A stretch of 64,000 nucleotides of DNA from an uncultured Acidobacteriota bacterium (lineage in GTDB: Bacteria; Acidobacteriota; Thermoanaerobaculia; Gp7-AA8; JAHWKK01): positions 64,584-128,583 of the forward strand of contig CAWHHZ010000013.1 in the NCBI GenBank assembly GCA_963829355.1. Direction: 5' to 3'. Positions 13,974 through 23,539 of the stretch are shown here, one piece after another. Under the pieces are notes generated by a model. That model saw only the letters and a list, made by a program, of their open reading frames with translations, was not told the origin of the DNA and did not search any database. The position numbers were made by a program, and so were the translations under genes. Numbering within the stretch: position 1 is the first letter of the stretch; every line of letters starts with the position of its first letter.

Positions 13974-15659
13974 ATGGAAAAAAGACTATTCATAGCCATC
14001 CTCATCTCGATCGGGTTTCTCTGGGCCTGGGGCATGGTGGCCCCGAAGCTCTTTCCTGAGCTCGCAAAGAAGAAGCCCGCCGAGAGCTCGACCGAAACAG
14101 TCGAAACCACCAGCACCGCTGGTGACCCCGACGGCGACACGGTGGAAGATGCGCAGGCAACGGAGCCGGTGATCGAGGATCGCGCGCAGCCGGAACCTGC
14201 CCGCGCCACCGGCAGCGTCACCCCAATCCGAGCCTCCCGGGAGGAGACCGTCGTGGTCGAGAATGATCACGTTCGCGCTTCCTTCTCGAATCGAGGCGCA
14301 GTACTGAGATCTCTGCACCTGAAAGGGTACGCCGGCGAGGCGAGCGACGGGAAGGTCGAGCTGATTCGAGAACGCCCGGAGGATCTGCCTTATCCCTTCG
14401 CCATTCGCAGCGGCAGCAACTCTTTCAACGACTTCGCTTCCAACTCGCTCTATGAGGTCAACCGCTCGCAGGGCGCCGCGGGCGAAACGATACGCTTCAC
14501 GGCGCGGGATGAGGCGGGCCGTGCAGTTACGAAGAGCTTCGTATTTAACAAGGAAGAGGCGTTCGGCTACGAGATCACGACAGAGGGGCTGAATGAACCG
14601 TATCGGATGGTGATCGGCCCCGGCATTGGGCGTACCGGCGCCGTCATGGATGACCGGTTCGCCATGAGCGGCAACGTCGTCGTGGAAGCTGATGGCGACT
14701 ACGAGATGATCAAGCGGAAGAAGGTCGACTCATTCATGACGATCGACCAGCCGAAGTTCATCGGTCTGTCCGATCACTACTTCGTCACCGCACTCCTGCC
14801 GGAGCGCAGCGGCGCGGCGACAGTACGCCCCGTGGAGATCGCCACCGGCAAAGAAGGAGAGGCCGCGATCAAAGAGCTCTACGTCGGGGTCAATGCGGTC
14901 GATGGAGAGGTGTCGGGTCGAGCCTTCTTCGGACCGAAGGAGGCGAAGGTACTGGAGCGGTACGGGCTGAGCGAGACGCTGCAGATCGGGATCTTCGGCG
15001 TGATCGCAAAGTTCCTCCTCAAGGCACTGGTCTGGATCAACTCGTTCACGCACAATTTTGGCTGGTCCATCGTCCTGCTCACCATCATGATCAAGCTGGT
15101 TCTCTATCCGCTGCAGCACAAGAGCATCGTCTCGATGAAGCGGATGCAGAAGGTGCAGCCGAAAATGAATGCCATCCGGGACAAGTACCGGAAGGCAAAG
15201 ACAGACCCGCAACAGAAGCAGAAGATGAACATGGACATGATGGAGCTGTACAAGCGGGAGGGGATCAACCCGATGAGCGGGTGTCTCCCGATCCTGCTTC
15301 AGCTCCCGATTCTATGGGCCTTCTACACGCTTCTTTCGCACGCAATCGAGCTCCGCGGAGAGCCCTGGATTCTCTGGATCACGGACCTCTCGGCGAAAGA
15401 TCCGTACTACATCACACCGATTCTGATGACCATCACGATGTTCGTCCAGCAATACATCACCCCCACGGCGGCCGATCCGATGCAACGAAAGATCTTTTTG
15501 GCGATGCCGATCGTGTTCGGCTGGATCTTCAAGGAGTTTCCTTCCGGGCTGGTGCTCTACTGGCTGGTGCAGAATCTCCTGACGATCACCCAGCAGAGTC
15601 TGATGAACAAGTGGTGGAAAGAGCATCCGGAGTCTCTGGAAAGGGGAACGGCTACATGA
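13974..15659 (+). CDS. yidC: Membrane protein insertase YidC
   Basis: 561 aa; N-terminal TM, periplasmic domain, C-terminal 5-TM 60 kDa insertase core. Confidence 0.95.
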   Translation: MEKRLFIAILISIGFLWAWGMVAPKLFPELAKKKPAESSTETVETTSTAGDPDGDTVEDAQATEPVIEDRAQPEPARATGSVTPIRASREETVVVENDHVRASFSNRGAVLRSLHLKGYAGEASDGKVELIRERPEDLPYPFAIRSGSNSFNDFASNSLYEVNRSQGAAGETIRFTARDEAGRAVTKSFVFNKEEAFGYEITTEGLNEPYRMVIGPGIGRTGAVMDDRFAMSGNVVVEADGDYEMIKRKKVDSFMTIDQPKFIGLSDHYFVTALLPERSGAATVRPVEIATGKEGEAAIKELYVGVNAVDGEVSGRAFFGPKEAKVLERYGLSETLQIGIFGVIAKFLLKALVWINSFTHNFGWSIVLLTIMIKLVLYPLQHKSIVSMKRMQKVQPKMNAIRDKYRKAKTDPQQKQKMNMDMMELYKREGINPMSGCLPILLQLPILWAFYTLLSHAIELRGEPWILWITDLSAKDPYYITPILMTITMFVQQYITPTAADPMQRKIFLAMPIVFGWIFKEFPSGLVLYWLVQNLLTITQQSLMNKWWKEHPESLERGTAT

Positions 15660-16810
15660 GTTCAAAGAGGTTCGAAGGAAAGAATCTCGAGGAGGCGATC
15701 GACAGTGCGGCAAAGGCTTTTGGTGTCGAGAGTTTCAGAGTTTCGTACCACGTGGTCCTCGAGAAGCGCGGCTTTCTCGGGGGAACCAAGCGCGTCGTGA
15801 TCGAGGCGGAGGTCTCGGGAGCGGCTGACAGAAAGCAGAGTGGCGATCGTGCCGCGAAGCCGGAACGTCCTGCGAAGAGTGAACGATCGGATGCGCGGCC
15901 CGAGAAGGGCGACCGTCCGAAGAAGGCAGAGCGTCCCGAGTCGGCGCAGGAGAGCGGATCTCGTCCGAAGAAGCAGGAGGGTAAGCCGCGCCGACAGCGC
16001 CCGGACCGGCCGAAGCCGGGGCGATCCAAGGAGAGAACGAGCGAGGCTCCCCAGTTCGTCTACGATGACGAACCCGTGAAGGACACGGTCGAGCAGCCCG
16101 ACGACAAGCCCGGTTCTCCGAAGTCCGACAAGGGACCGGACGAGCAGGAACATGGCTCGCGACCGAGCCGCCGGCGAGGCCGGCGCGGACGCGGAGGCCG
16201 AGGTCGCGGGCGGGGCCGGGAGGGTGAGCGGCAGAACGACACCGACACCTCGGAGGTCTCAGCGACATCGGATCAGGAATCGGTCACCCCGGCCGCGGAG
16301 CCTCGGGAGCCGGTCGAGATCCCGGATCAAGGGGAGCAGTCCGAGGAAGCCGCTCGTGTGGTGAGCTGGTGCGAGGAGATTTTCAAGGCCTCGGGACTCG
16401 AGCTCGTGGCCCGCACAGCAGACACGGAAGAGGAGATCTCCGTCGAGCTCTTTGGCCGAGACGTCGAACTGCTGATTGAGTCTTCGGATTATCTCGACTC
16501 TCTTCAGGTGCTCGCGAACAAAGCGTTCACGGGCCGCACCATCGAACGTCCCATCGAATTCGATGCGGGCGGTTTCAAGCGTCGTCGTGAAGAAGATCTT
16601 GCACAGCGGGCCCGCGAGACGGCGGATCGTGTGCGCGACGAGGGGCGCGAGCGGACGATGCGTGCCATGAGTCCGATCGAGCGGCGGATCGTGCATCTCG
16701 CGCTCGAGGATGACCGGAGCGTGACGACCGAGTCGCGGGGTCGTGGTTTCCACAAGCGGGTAGTGATTCAGCCCGCTGGCGAGGAGCGCGCAGTCGCAGA
16801 GGAGTCGTGA
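15656..16810 (+). CDS. jag: Jag/KhpB-like RNA-binding protein (Jag_N, KH, R3H) with a ~200 aa Lys/Arg/Glu/Pro-rich low-complexity insert
   Basis: ATG overlaps the yidC stop (ATGA). N-terminus MSSKRFEGKNLEEAIDSAAKAFGV; C-terminal R3H (RRIVHLALEDDRSVTTESRGRGFHKRVVI). The ORF track start at 15281 is an artefact overlapping yidC. Confidence 0.85.
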   Translation: MSSKRFEGKNLEEAIDSAAKAFGVESFRVSYHVVLEKRGFLGGTKRVVIEAEVSGAADRKQSGDRAAKPERPAKSERSDARPEKGDRPKKAERPESAQESGSRPKKQEGKPRRQRPDRPKPGRSKERTSEAPQFVYDDEPVKDTVEQPDDKPGSPKSDKGPDEQEHGSRPSRRRGRRGRGGRGRGRGREGERQNDTDTSEVSATSDQESVTPAAEPREPVEIPDQGEQSEEAARVVSWCEEIFKASGLELVARTADTEEEISVELFGRDVELLIESSDYLDSLQVLANKAFTGRTIERPIEFDAGGFKRRREEDLAQRARETADRVRDEGRERTMRAMSPIERRIVHLALEDDRSVTTESRGRGFHKRVVIQPAGEERAVAEES

Positions 16811-18135
16811 CCCGGGACGAGCACGATACGATCGTCGCGCCTGCCACCCCCGTGGGCCGCAGTGCGCTGGCGGTCGTTCGTATCGACGGTCCCGCCGCCC
16901 GCACGACTCTGGCGGGCATCACGGGCATCGACGACTGGCAGCCACGGCGGGCGACGCTGGTTGCGTTGCGAGATGGAAAAGGGGCGATCGACGAGTCGGT
17001 CGCTCTTTTTTTTGAGGGGCCTCATAGCTTCACGGGAAACGATCTGGCCGAGCTTAGCCTTCACGGGAGTCCGGTCGTGGTGCAACGTGTGCTCGATGAG
17101 GTCATGCGTCGAGGTGCACGGATGGCCGAGCCGGGAGAGTTCAGTGAGCGTGCGGTCCTGAACGGGAAGATCGATCTGGTCCAGGCGGAGGCGATCGCAG
17201 ACCTGATCCATGCCAGGACCGATCTCCAGGCCCGGGTGTCACTGTCAAATCTGAAGGGTCAGTTGAGTGAACGCGCGGAGAAGATTCGCGCCGCTCTCCT
17301 CGACGTGATCTCCAGTCTGGAGGCAGCTCTCGACTTCGCCGACGAGGGGTACGAGTTCGTCTCCCGCAGCGAGGCGCTCGGTACCGTAAACGACGCGATT
17401 AGTCTCGCCGCGGCCCTTCTGGATACGGCAGCGCGGGGGATCGCGTCGAACGAAGGCTTGACCGCCGTCCTTCTCGGCAAGCCGAACGCCGGCAAGTCGA
17501 CTCTTCTCAACGCGCTCTGCGGGAGCGAGCGAGCCATCGTCACCTCGGTCGCGGGCACGACGCGCGACCTTCTTCGTGAGACGATCGAGATTGGGAAACT
17601 TCCTGTCACGATCATCGACACCGCCGGTTTGCGGGAGACCTCCGAGGAAGTGGAGGAGATCGGAATCAGGCGGACGCGCGAGGCTGCATCGGCCGCCGAC
17701 ATTGTTCTCTACCTGGTCGACGCGGCGCAGGGGATGACTCCGGAGGACGGGGCGGAGCTGCGGTCGCTGCCGCACGCGCTGGTGCTCTGGACGAAGCGAG
17801 ACCTGGGATCAGCCCCGGAGGACGCCCTCGCGGTGTCCGCTCAGTCGGGAGAGGGGATGGCAGAACTGCTCGAGGTTCTCGATCGACTGGTGGAGGAGCG
17901 GTGGACGGTGCCAGAGGGGCGTTCAGCTCTGGTGAACCAGAGACAGCGAGATGCGATGGCGCGGTGTCATGATTCGCTGCAGCTCTCCGCCGCGGCGCTC
18001 GGGAGCGAGGCGACCGAAGAGGTGATCCTGGTCGACCTGTATGCGGCTGCGCGGGCGGTTGGCGAGCTGACGGGAGCGATTACAAACGACGAGATCGTCG
18101 AGGCAATCTTCAGCCGGTTCTGTATCGGGAAGTGA
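16807..18135 (+). CDS. mnmE: tRNA modification GTPase MnmE
   Basis: 442 aa; G domain GKPNAGKSTLLNAL, C-terminal CIGK. Confidence 0.95.
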   Translation: MTRDEHDTIVAPATPVGRSALAVVRIDGPAARTTLAGITGIDDWQPRRATLVALRDGKGAIDESVALFFEGPHSFTGNDLAELSLHGSPVVVQRVLDEVMRRGARMAEPGEFSERAVLNGKIDLVQAEAIADLIHARTDLQARVSLSNLKGQLSERAEKIRAALLDVISSLEAALDFADEGYEFVSRSEALGTVNDAISLAAALLDTAARGIASNEGLTAVLLGKPNAGKSTLLNALCGSERAIVTSVAGTTRDLLRETIEIGKLPVTIIDTAGLRETSEEVEEIGIRRTREAASAADIVLYLVDAAQGMTPEDGAELRSLPHALVLWTKRDLGSAPEDALAVSAQSGEGMAELLEVLDRLVEERWTVPEGRSALVNQRQRDAMARCHDSLQLSAAALGSEATEEVILVDLYAAARAVGELTGAITNDEIVEAIFSRFCIGK

Positions 18136-18136
18136 T

Positions 18137-18206
18137 GTTTCACGTGGAACGTAGATAGCGGGGTGTTTCACGTGGAACATGTCCCGGAATCCGTTCCACG
18201 TGAAAC
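18137..18206. promoter_or_regulatory. Three copies of the 14 bp near-palindrome GTTTCACGTGGAAC (two direct at 18137-18150 and 18165-18178, one inverted at 18193-18206) with a CACGTG core
   Basis: Read directly; copy 3 is the exact reverse complement of copies 1 and 2, allowing alternative 14 bp hairpins. Lies between mnmE and mnmG, abutting a family-A element. Confidence 0.6.
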
Positions 18207-18332
18207 AGTCATCCTGAGCCACCAGAGCGCAGCGGAGGACGGCGAAGGATCGCGTACGGCCCATCCTCGCCCTGAATTCATTTCACTCCACTGGCGAAGC
18301 GAAGCGGCGCCATCCCCCCGCTCAGGATGACA
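18207..18332. repeat. Family-A palindromic element (variant) upstream of mnmG
   Basis: agtcatcctgagccaccagagcgcagcggaggacggcgaaggatcgcgtacg ... cgctcaggatgaca. Confidence 0.75.
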
Positions 18333-18397
18333 ATCTGCGATGCTCTCTTCTCGCTGCCAGGATGAAATGCGACCACTCGCGTGTTTCGTGACCCGTT

Positions 18398-20398
18398 ATG
18401 AACCGGTTTGATTTGATCGTAATCGGCGGGGGACACGCCGGAGCGGAAGCTGCGCGGATCGCCGCGCGCGGCGGGCTCTCGGTCGGCCTCGTCACGATGA
18501 CCGCCGACTCCATCGGCAGAATGTCGTGCAATCCCGCAATCGGCGGTCTCGCAAAGGGTCACCTCGTCAAGGAAATCGACGCCCTCGGGGGTCTGATGGC
18601 CGAGGCGACCGATCGCGCCGGAATCCAATTCAAGATCCTCAATCGCTCCAAAGGGCCGGCCGTGCAGGGTCCGCGCGCGCAGTGTGACCGTGATCTCTAC
18701 GCCGCTGCCGTCAGGCAAGTGCTGGAAGCCGAACCCCTGATCACGATCGTCGAAGGTCTCGCCGCCACCCTCGAAGTGCAGGCCGGCCGGACAAGGGGTG
18801 TCACCCTCCAGGACGGTACTGCGCTTCATGCCCCGCGCGTCGTCGTCACCACCGGTACGTTTCTGCGCGGCCTGATGCATTCCGGCGAATCGCGCGTGGA
18901 AGGAGGCCGTTGGGGAGAGCCTTCCGCAAAAGGCCTCTCAGGAGCTCTGGAGGCGCTCGGGCTCACTCTTGGCCGGCTCAAAACCGGAACTCCACCGCGT
19001 GTACTCCGTGACACCGTCGATTTCTCGAAAATGGAGCGAGACCAGGGAGACGCAATCCCCCGGCCGTTCTCGATCACAACCAGCTCTCTCGATCTTCCCC
19101 AGGTGGACTGCTACCTCACCCAGACCTCCGAATATGCGCACGACCTGATCCGCGCCAACCTCCATCGGGCACCGATGTACAGTGGGCAGATCTCGGGTAC
19201 CGGCCCCCGCTACTGTCCCTCAATCGAGGACAAGGTCGTACGATTCGCCGAGAAGAACCACCACCACGTCTTCGTCGAGCCTGAAGGGCTGGAGCACCCG
19301 TGGCTCTATTTGAATGGCATCTCTACATCCCTTCCTCAGGACGTGCAGGAGGCCGTGGTGCATTCGATTCCGGGGCTCGAGCACGCGACGATCGCGCAGT
19401 GGGGCTACGCCGTCGAGTACGATTTCGTCAATCCACAGCAGCTCGAACCCTCCCTCCAGGTCAAGGGCGTCAGCGGTCTGTACCTCGCCGGGCAGATCAA
19501 CGGGACGTCCGGGTATGAGGAGGCCGCGGCGCAGGGGTTGCTCGCCGGAATGAACGCCGTTCTCGCCGCCCGAGAGCATGACCCGGTGGTACTGGGGCGT
19601 GACGAGGCGTACGCCGGCGTATTGATCGACGATCTGGTCACTCTCGGCACCGAAGAGCCGTACCGGATGTTCACCTCGCGCGCCGAGCACCGCCTCCTTC
19701 TCGGTTGCGATTCCGTCTACGAACGTCTGAGTCCGATCGCCGAACGGTATGGACTCCTTGATGAGCCACGCAGAGAGCTGGTATTTTCTCGGATCAACCG
19801 TCTGAAAAAGGCAACTCAAGCAGTTCTGGAGACAGAGCTGACGCCCGACCAGGACACGCTGCAGTGGCTCGGTGGGATCGGGATCAGTCTCAACGGGAAG
19901 ACCAGCATCACGAGCTTGTTCCAGCGTCGTGATCTCGATCTCGAGCGCTTTCTCCGGCACGCCGAGGAGGAGGGCAGACTTTCCGAGCTCACGAGCAGCC
20001 TTCGGACGCTCGACGACGAGGAGCTCGCAGGCGTGGTGAGTCGAGCCCGCTATGCAGGTTACCTCGAGCGTCAGCAGCGCGAGGCTGGTCGATCGAGGCA
20101 GGATGAGCACGTTCGGATTCCAGACGATTTTGCGTACTCGAAGCCGGGACTGTCACGGGAGGTGGTCGAGAAGCTTTCCAGAATCCGGCCGCGTTCGCTG
20201 GGTCAGGCGTCCAGGGTTCCGGGCGTCACGCCCGCGGCCATTTCAATCCTCCGAATGCATCTTCGCGCAAGGCGCGTCCGAACGATGAGTCCGCAAGAGC
20301 AGCACGAGCGGTATGAGGCGGCGCTTGCGTTCCTGGTCCGAGCGAATCAATCTCATCGGACCGGAGGCGAAACGCCATCTTCGCGCTCACATCGATGA
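18398..20398 (+). CDS. mnmG: tRNA uridine 5-carboxymethylaminomethyl modification enzyme MnmG (GidA); C-terminus about 40 aa longer than usual and overlapping rsmG
   Basis: 666 aa; FAD motif [15 protein letters not shown]; conserved C-terminus [17 protein letters not shown]. Confidence 0.93.
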   Translation: MNRFDLIVIGGGHAGAEAARIAARGGLSVGLVTMTADSIGRMSCNPAIGGLAKGHLVKEIDALGGLMAEATDRAGIQFKILNRSKGPAVQGPRAQCDRDLYAAAVRQVLEAEPLITIVEGLAATLEVQAGRTRGVTLQDGTALHAPRVVVTTGTFLRGLMHSGESRVEGGRWGEPSAKGLSGALEALGLTLGRLKTGTPPRVLRDTVDFSKMERDQGDAIPRPFSITTSSLDLPQVDCYLTQTSEYAHDLIRANLHRAPMYSGQISGTGPRYCPSIEDKVVRFAEKNHHHVFVEPEGLEHPWLYLNGISTSLPQDVQEAVVHSIPGLEHATIAQWGYAVEYDFVNPQQLEPSLQVKGVSGLYLAGQINGTSGYEEAAAQGLLAGMNAVLAAREHDPVVLGRDEAYAGVLIDDLVTLGTEEPYRMFTSRAEHRLLLGCDSVYERLSPIAERYGLLDEPRRELVFSRINRLKKATQAVLETELTPDQDTLQWLGGIGISLNGKTSITSLFQRRDLDLERFLRHAEEEGRLSELTSSLRTLDDEELAGVVSRARYAGYLERQQREAGRSRQDEHVRIPDDFAYSKPGLSREVVEKLSRIRPRSLGQASRVPGVTPAAISILRMHLRARRVRTMSPQEQHERYEAALAFLVRANQSHRTGGETPSSRSHR

Positions 20399-20852
20399 GG
20401 CCCGCGAGGCAGGAGATCGTCTCCAGCCCACAGGAGGGTGTCTCGACTTCGGGAGTGGCGGCGGCCTGCCGGCGGTTCCGATCGCGATTGACCACCCGGA
20501 GTCGCACTTCACTCTCGTTGAAGCGGACCAGAAAAAATGGGCGTTTCTGAAACACGTCGCGAGGGAGTGCGCGTTGAACCTCCGGGTTCACGGTGATAGA
20601 TTGGAGGACCTGCTCGAACAGGGCGAGCTCAACGGGCCGTTTCGGTATGTCACTTCACGGGCCGTCGGGTACCCGGAGCGCTGGCTCCCCTTGATTTCGT
20701 CGTCCCTCGAACCGGACGCCCGCGTGGCTCTGTTCGAGCACGCGGCGAAGCCACCGGAAGTCGGAGGATTCGAGACGGAGGAAGTCATGCCCCTGTCTCG
20801 CGGCAGCGAGAACTACCTGATCATCCTGCGAAAATCGACTGTGACGAGGTAA
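20313..20852 (+). CDS. rsmG: 16S rRNA (guanine527-N7)-methyltransferase RsmG; appears N-terminally short, possible indel at about 20333
   Basis: 179 aa; WSERINLIG...[19 protein letters not shown] motif; 86 bp overlap with mnmG. Confidence 0.8.
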   Translation: MRRRLRSWSERINLIGPEAKRHLRAHIDEAREAGDRLQPTGGCLDFGSGGGLPAVPIAIDHPESHFTLVEADQKKWAFLKHVARECALNLRVHGDRLEDLLEQGELNGPFRYVTSRAVGYPERWLPLISSSLEPDARVALFEHAAKPPEVGGFETEEVMPLSRGSENYLIILRKSTVTR

Positions 20853-20853
20853 C

Positions 20854-21648
20854 GTGACTATGGCTCGTATCGTGTCTCTGGCAAACCAGAAGGGTGGCGT
20901 CGGCAAGACGACGACCTCGATCAACCTCGGGGCCTCGCTCGCGGCGTGTGAGACCCGGGTGCTGCTGGTCGATCTCGATCCCCAGGCGAATGCGACCTCG
21001 GGTCTCGGATTCTCCAAGAACGGTGAATCGGGATCGATCTATTCGGTGCTGGTAGACGGCTTGGATATCTCACAAGTCATTGCAAACACTGAACTTAGCG
21101 GCTTTGATCTGGTGCCGTCGTCGGTCGATCTGGTCGGAGTCGAGATCGATCTGGCCGAGCACGAGGCGCCCCAGTTCCGCCTCAAGGAAGCGCTCGAGCC
21201 GCTCCGCGATCGCTACGACTACATTCTCATCGATTCGCCGCCGTCTCTCTCGTTGCTCACCGTCAACGGACTCGCGGCGGCGGATTCGGTACTGGTGCCG
21301 ATTCAGTGCGAGTACTTTGCTCTCGAGGGAGTGTCGCAGTTGATCGAAACGATCAGACGGATTCAAGGCTCGTTGAACCCGGGGCTCGAGATCGAGGGCA
21401 TCCTTCTGACCATGCATGATGATCGGATGAATCTTTCGAGACAGGTCACCGAGGAGATCCGAGAATACTTCGGCGGTCAGGTCTATCAGACCGTCATTCC
21501 ACGGAACGTGCGGCTGGGCGAGGCACCATCGTTTGGCAAGCCGGTCCTCCTGTACGACATAAAATCCCGGGGAAGCGAGTCGTATCTGCAGCTTGCGCGG
21601 GAGTTCATCACGCGAAGGAGATCAGCCGTTGGCGCAGAAGCAGGCTAA
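20854..21648 (+). CDS. parA: Chromosome partitioning ATPase ParA/Soj
   Basis: 264 aa; deviant Walker A KGGVGKTTTSINLGASLA. Confidence 0.95.
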   Translation: MTMARIVSLANQKGGVGKTTTSINLGASLAACETRVLLVDLDPQANATSGLGFSKNGESGSIYSVLVDGLDISQVIANTELSGFDLVPSSVDLVGVEIDLAEHEAPQFRLKEALEPLRDRYDYILIDSPPSLSLLTVNGLAAADSVLVPIQCEYFALEGVSQLIETIRRIQGSLNPGLEIEGILLTMHDDRMNLSRQVTEEIREYFGGQVYQTVIPRNVRLGEAPSFGKPVLLYDIKSRGSESYLQLAREFITRRRSAVGAEAG

Positions 21649-22504
21649 GAAGAAGGTATTGGGGCGAGGCCTCGGGGCGTTGATCCCGGAGGCTCCGGCC
21701 CGTGAGGAAAAGGAGCTTTCACAGGAGGTCGCGATCGGCAAGATCGACGTGAATCCGTGGCAGCCCCGCAAGCAATTTCAGGACGAGAGTCTCGCTGAGC
21801 TGGCCGACAGCATCCGCAAGCACGGGATCATCCAGCCTCTCGTCGTGAATCGCGGTGATGACGGCCGCTACCGGTTGGTCGCCGGAGAGCGACGGCTGAG
21901 AGCGGCTCGCCTGGCCGGTCTATCCAGGGTCCCGATCGTAGTACGCGATCAGGCGGACAACGAGCAGACCCTCGCCCTCGCGCTGATCGAGAACATCCAG
22001 CGGGAGGATCTGAATGCCATTGACGAAGCGCTCGCGTACGAGCAACTCCACGAGGAGTTCGGCCTGACTCAGGAGGAGATCTCGGCGCAGGTCGGGAAGA
22101 GCCGTTCGACCGTCGCGAACTCGTTGCGTCTTCTCAAGCTCCCCTCGTCGGTGCAGAGCATGGTTTCTGACGGTGAGCTTTCGATGGGTCACGCCCGCGC
22201 GATTCTCGCCGTGGAAGGCGCGGCGAAACAGGAGGAGCTCGCTCGAAAGATCGTCAAGTCGGGAATGAGTGTCCGGCAGGCCGAGGCTCTCGCATCGGAA
22301 CCGGAAGAGAAGCCGGTAAAGAAAGAAGAAAAGCCGAAGGACGTGTTCACTCGGGAGGCGGAGGAGAAGCTGACACGGGCCCTCCATTCACGGGTCGAGA
22401 TTGATCGCAGGCGCCGTGGTGGCGCCATTAAAATCACGTTTTCAAACGAGGACGAGTTGATCCGGCTATTCGAGATCCTGTCCGACCAGCGGAGGAAGTC
22501 ATGA
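21629..22504 (+). CDS. parB: Chromosome partitioning protein ParB/Spo0J (TTG start with GGAGA RBS preferred; the ORF track start at 21593 is possible)
   Basis: ParB N-terminal KKKVLGRGLGALI, GERRLRAA motif, HTH. Confidence 0.9.
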   Translation: MAQKQAKKKVLGRGLGALIPEAPAREEKELSQEVAIGKIDVNPWQPRKQFQDESLAELADSIRKHGIIQPLVVNRGDDGRYRLVAGERRLRAARLAGLSRVPIVVRDQADNEQTLALALIENIQREDLNAIDEALAYEQLHEEFGLTQEEISAQVGKSRSTVANSLRLLKLPSSVQSMVSDGELSMGHARAILAVEGAAKQEELARKIVKSGMSVRQAEALASEPEEKPVKKEEKPKDVFTREAEEKLTRALHSRVEIDRRRRGGAIKITFSNEDELIRLFEILSDQRRKS

Positions 22505-22899
22505 AGGGAAAAAGTGGTGACCTGAACGGGTTCCTGGACAAGGGTTCCGCGTTTCGAGGAGAGCTGGAGTTCGAGGATACGCTCCGGGTGGATGGTCGCT
22601 TCAACGGCAAGATCACTTCGAAGAATGAGCTGATCGTCGGGGAGACGGCCCACGTCGAGGGTGAGGTTCACGTCGGCAGAATCGCGATCAGCGGGACGAT
22701 CGAGGGTACTCTCGTCGCCGATGAAAAGATCGAGATTCATCGCACGGGAAAGGTGTACGGCAAGGTGCAGACGCCGACGCTGATCGTCGAGGAGGGCGCA
22801 ATCCTCCAGGGGGAGATCTCCATGGGTACGAAGCGTGAGAACCGGCCGGTGCCCGTCGACGAAACGGATCTCGATTCCCGGGAGCAGGTTCGCAAGTAG
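22501..22899 (+). CDS. Bactofilin (DUF583) cytoskeletal protein immediately downstream of parAB
   Basis: 132 aa; repetitive beta-helical bactofilin domain (GKITSKNELIVGETAHVEGEVHVGRIAISGTIEGTLVADEKIEIHRTGKVYGKVQ); ATGA overlap with parB. Confidence 0.85.
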   Translation: MKGKSGDLNGFLDKGSAFRGELEFEDTLRVDGRFNGKITSKNELIVGETAHVEGEVHVGRIAISGTIEGTLVADEKIEIHRTGKVYGKVQTPTLIVEEGAILQGEISMGTKRENRPVPVDETDLDSREQVRK

Positions 22900-22996
22900 T
22901 TCCGAGCCCTCCGAACGGGAAATTGTCTGACAGACGAATGAGTTAAGGAGATCGCCCGCGCCAGCCGGGGACGTGCCGAGCATGCACGTCGTCTGG

Positions 22997-23025
22997 TTGA
23001 ATGGCGCAGTGGGCTGTGTTATACA
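22997..23025 (+). promoter_or_regulatory. Candidate sigma70 promoter for the atp operon: TTGAAT-17 bp-TATACA with an upstream TG
   Basis: -35 at 22997-23002, -10 at 23020-23025, about 75 nt upstream of the atpF' ATG at 23105. Confidence 0.35.
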
Positions 23026-23104
23026 CCGCCTTCCGGGTTGGCTTACCCCCAGGCCTCGCACAGGTGTGTTTGCGGGGATCTCACGACCAACTGAAACGAA
23101 AGAA

Positions 23105-23539
23105 ATGATCAAACTTACGCCGGATCTCTCTCTGCTCGCCATCGTCGCGATCTTCATCATCAATTATCTGATCGTGAAGAAGTGGCTCGTCGCACCTGTC
23201 AATGGAGTTCTCGAATGGCGTGAGGAGCGCGTTCGTGACGCCGATCAGAAGTACGAGCAGGCGCTGACGCGGCTGAGCGCCGCAACGACCGACATCGAAA
23301 ATCGCATGATGGAAGCGAAGCGCGAAGCAGGTGAGGTTCGTGAGACGTACCGCCGGCAAGCTGGCGAAAAGCGTGACGCGAAGATCAGGCAGACGCGGGC
23401 TACGGCCGAGACGATGATCACCGAGGCGACCACGAGTCTCGACGCGGACGTGACCGAAGCGCGGCAATCGATTCAGGAGCAGTCGGAGCAGCTCGCCCGG
23501 CTGGCTGCCGAACGGATTCTCGGAAGAAAACTCGCATGA
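23105..23539 (+). CDS. atpF2: ATP synthase F0 subunit b' (start at MIKLTPDLSLL; the ORF track extends to 22973)
   Basis: Single N-terminal TM helix then a long charged helix; first gene of the F-H-A-G-D-C cluster. Confidence 0.75.
   Translation: MIKLTPDLSLLAIVAIFIINYLIVKKWLVAPVNGVLEWREERVRDADQKYEQALTRLSAATTDIENRMMEAKREAGEVRETYRRQAGEKRDAKIRQTRATAETMITEATTSLDADVTEARQSIQEQSEQLARLAAERILGRKLA

Noticed and set aside
15281-15655. Upstream extension of jag (ORF-track start 15281)
   Set aside because: It overlaps the 3' end of yidC in another frame. The conserved Jag N-terminus starts at MSSKRFEGKNL, with an ATGA overlap at the yidC stop.
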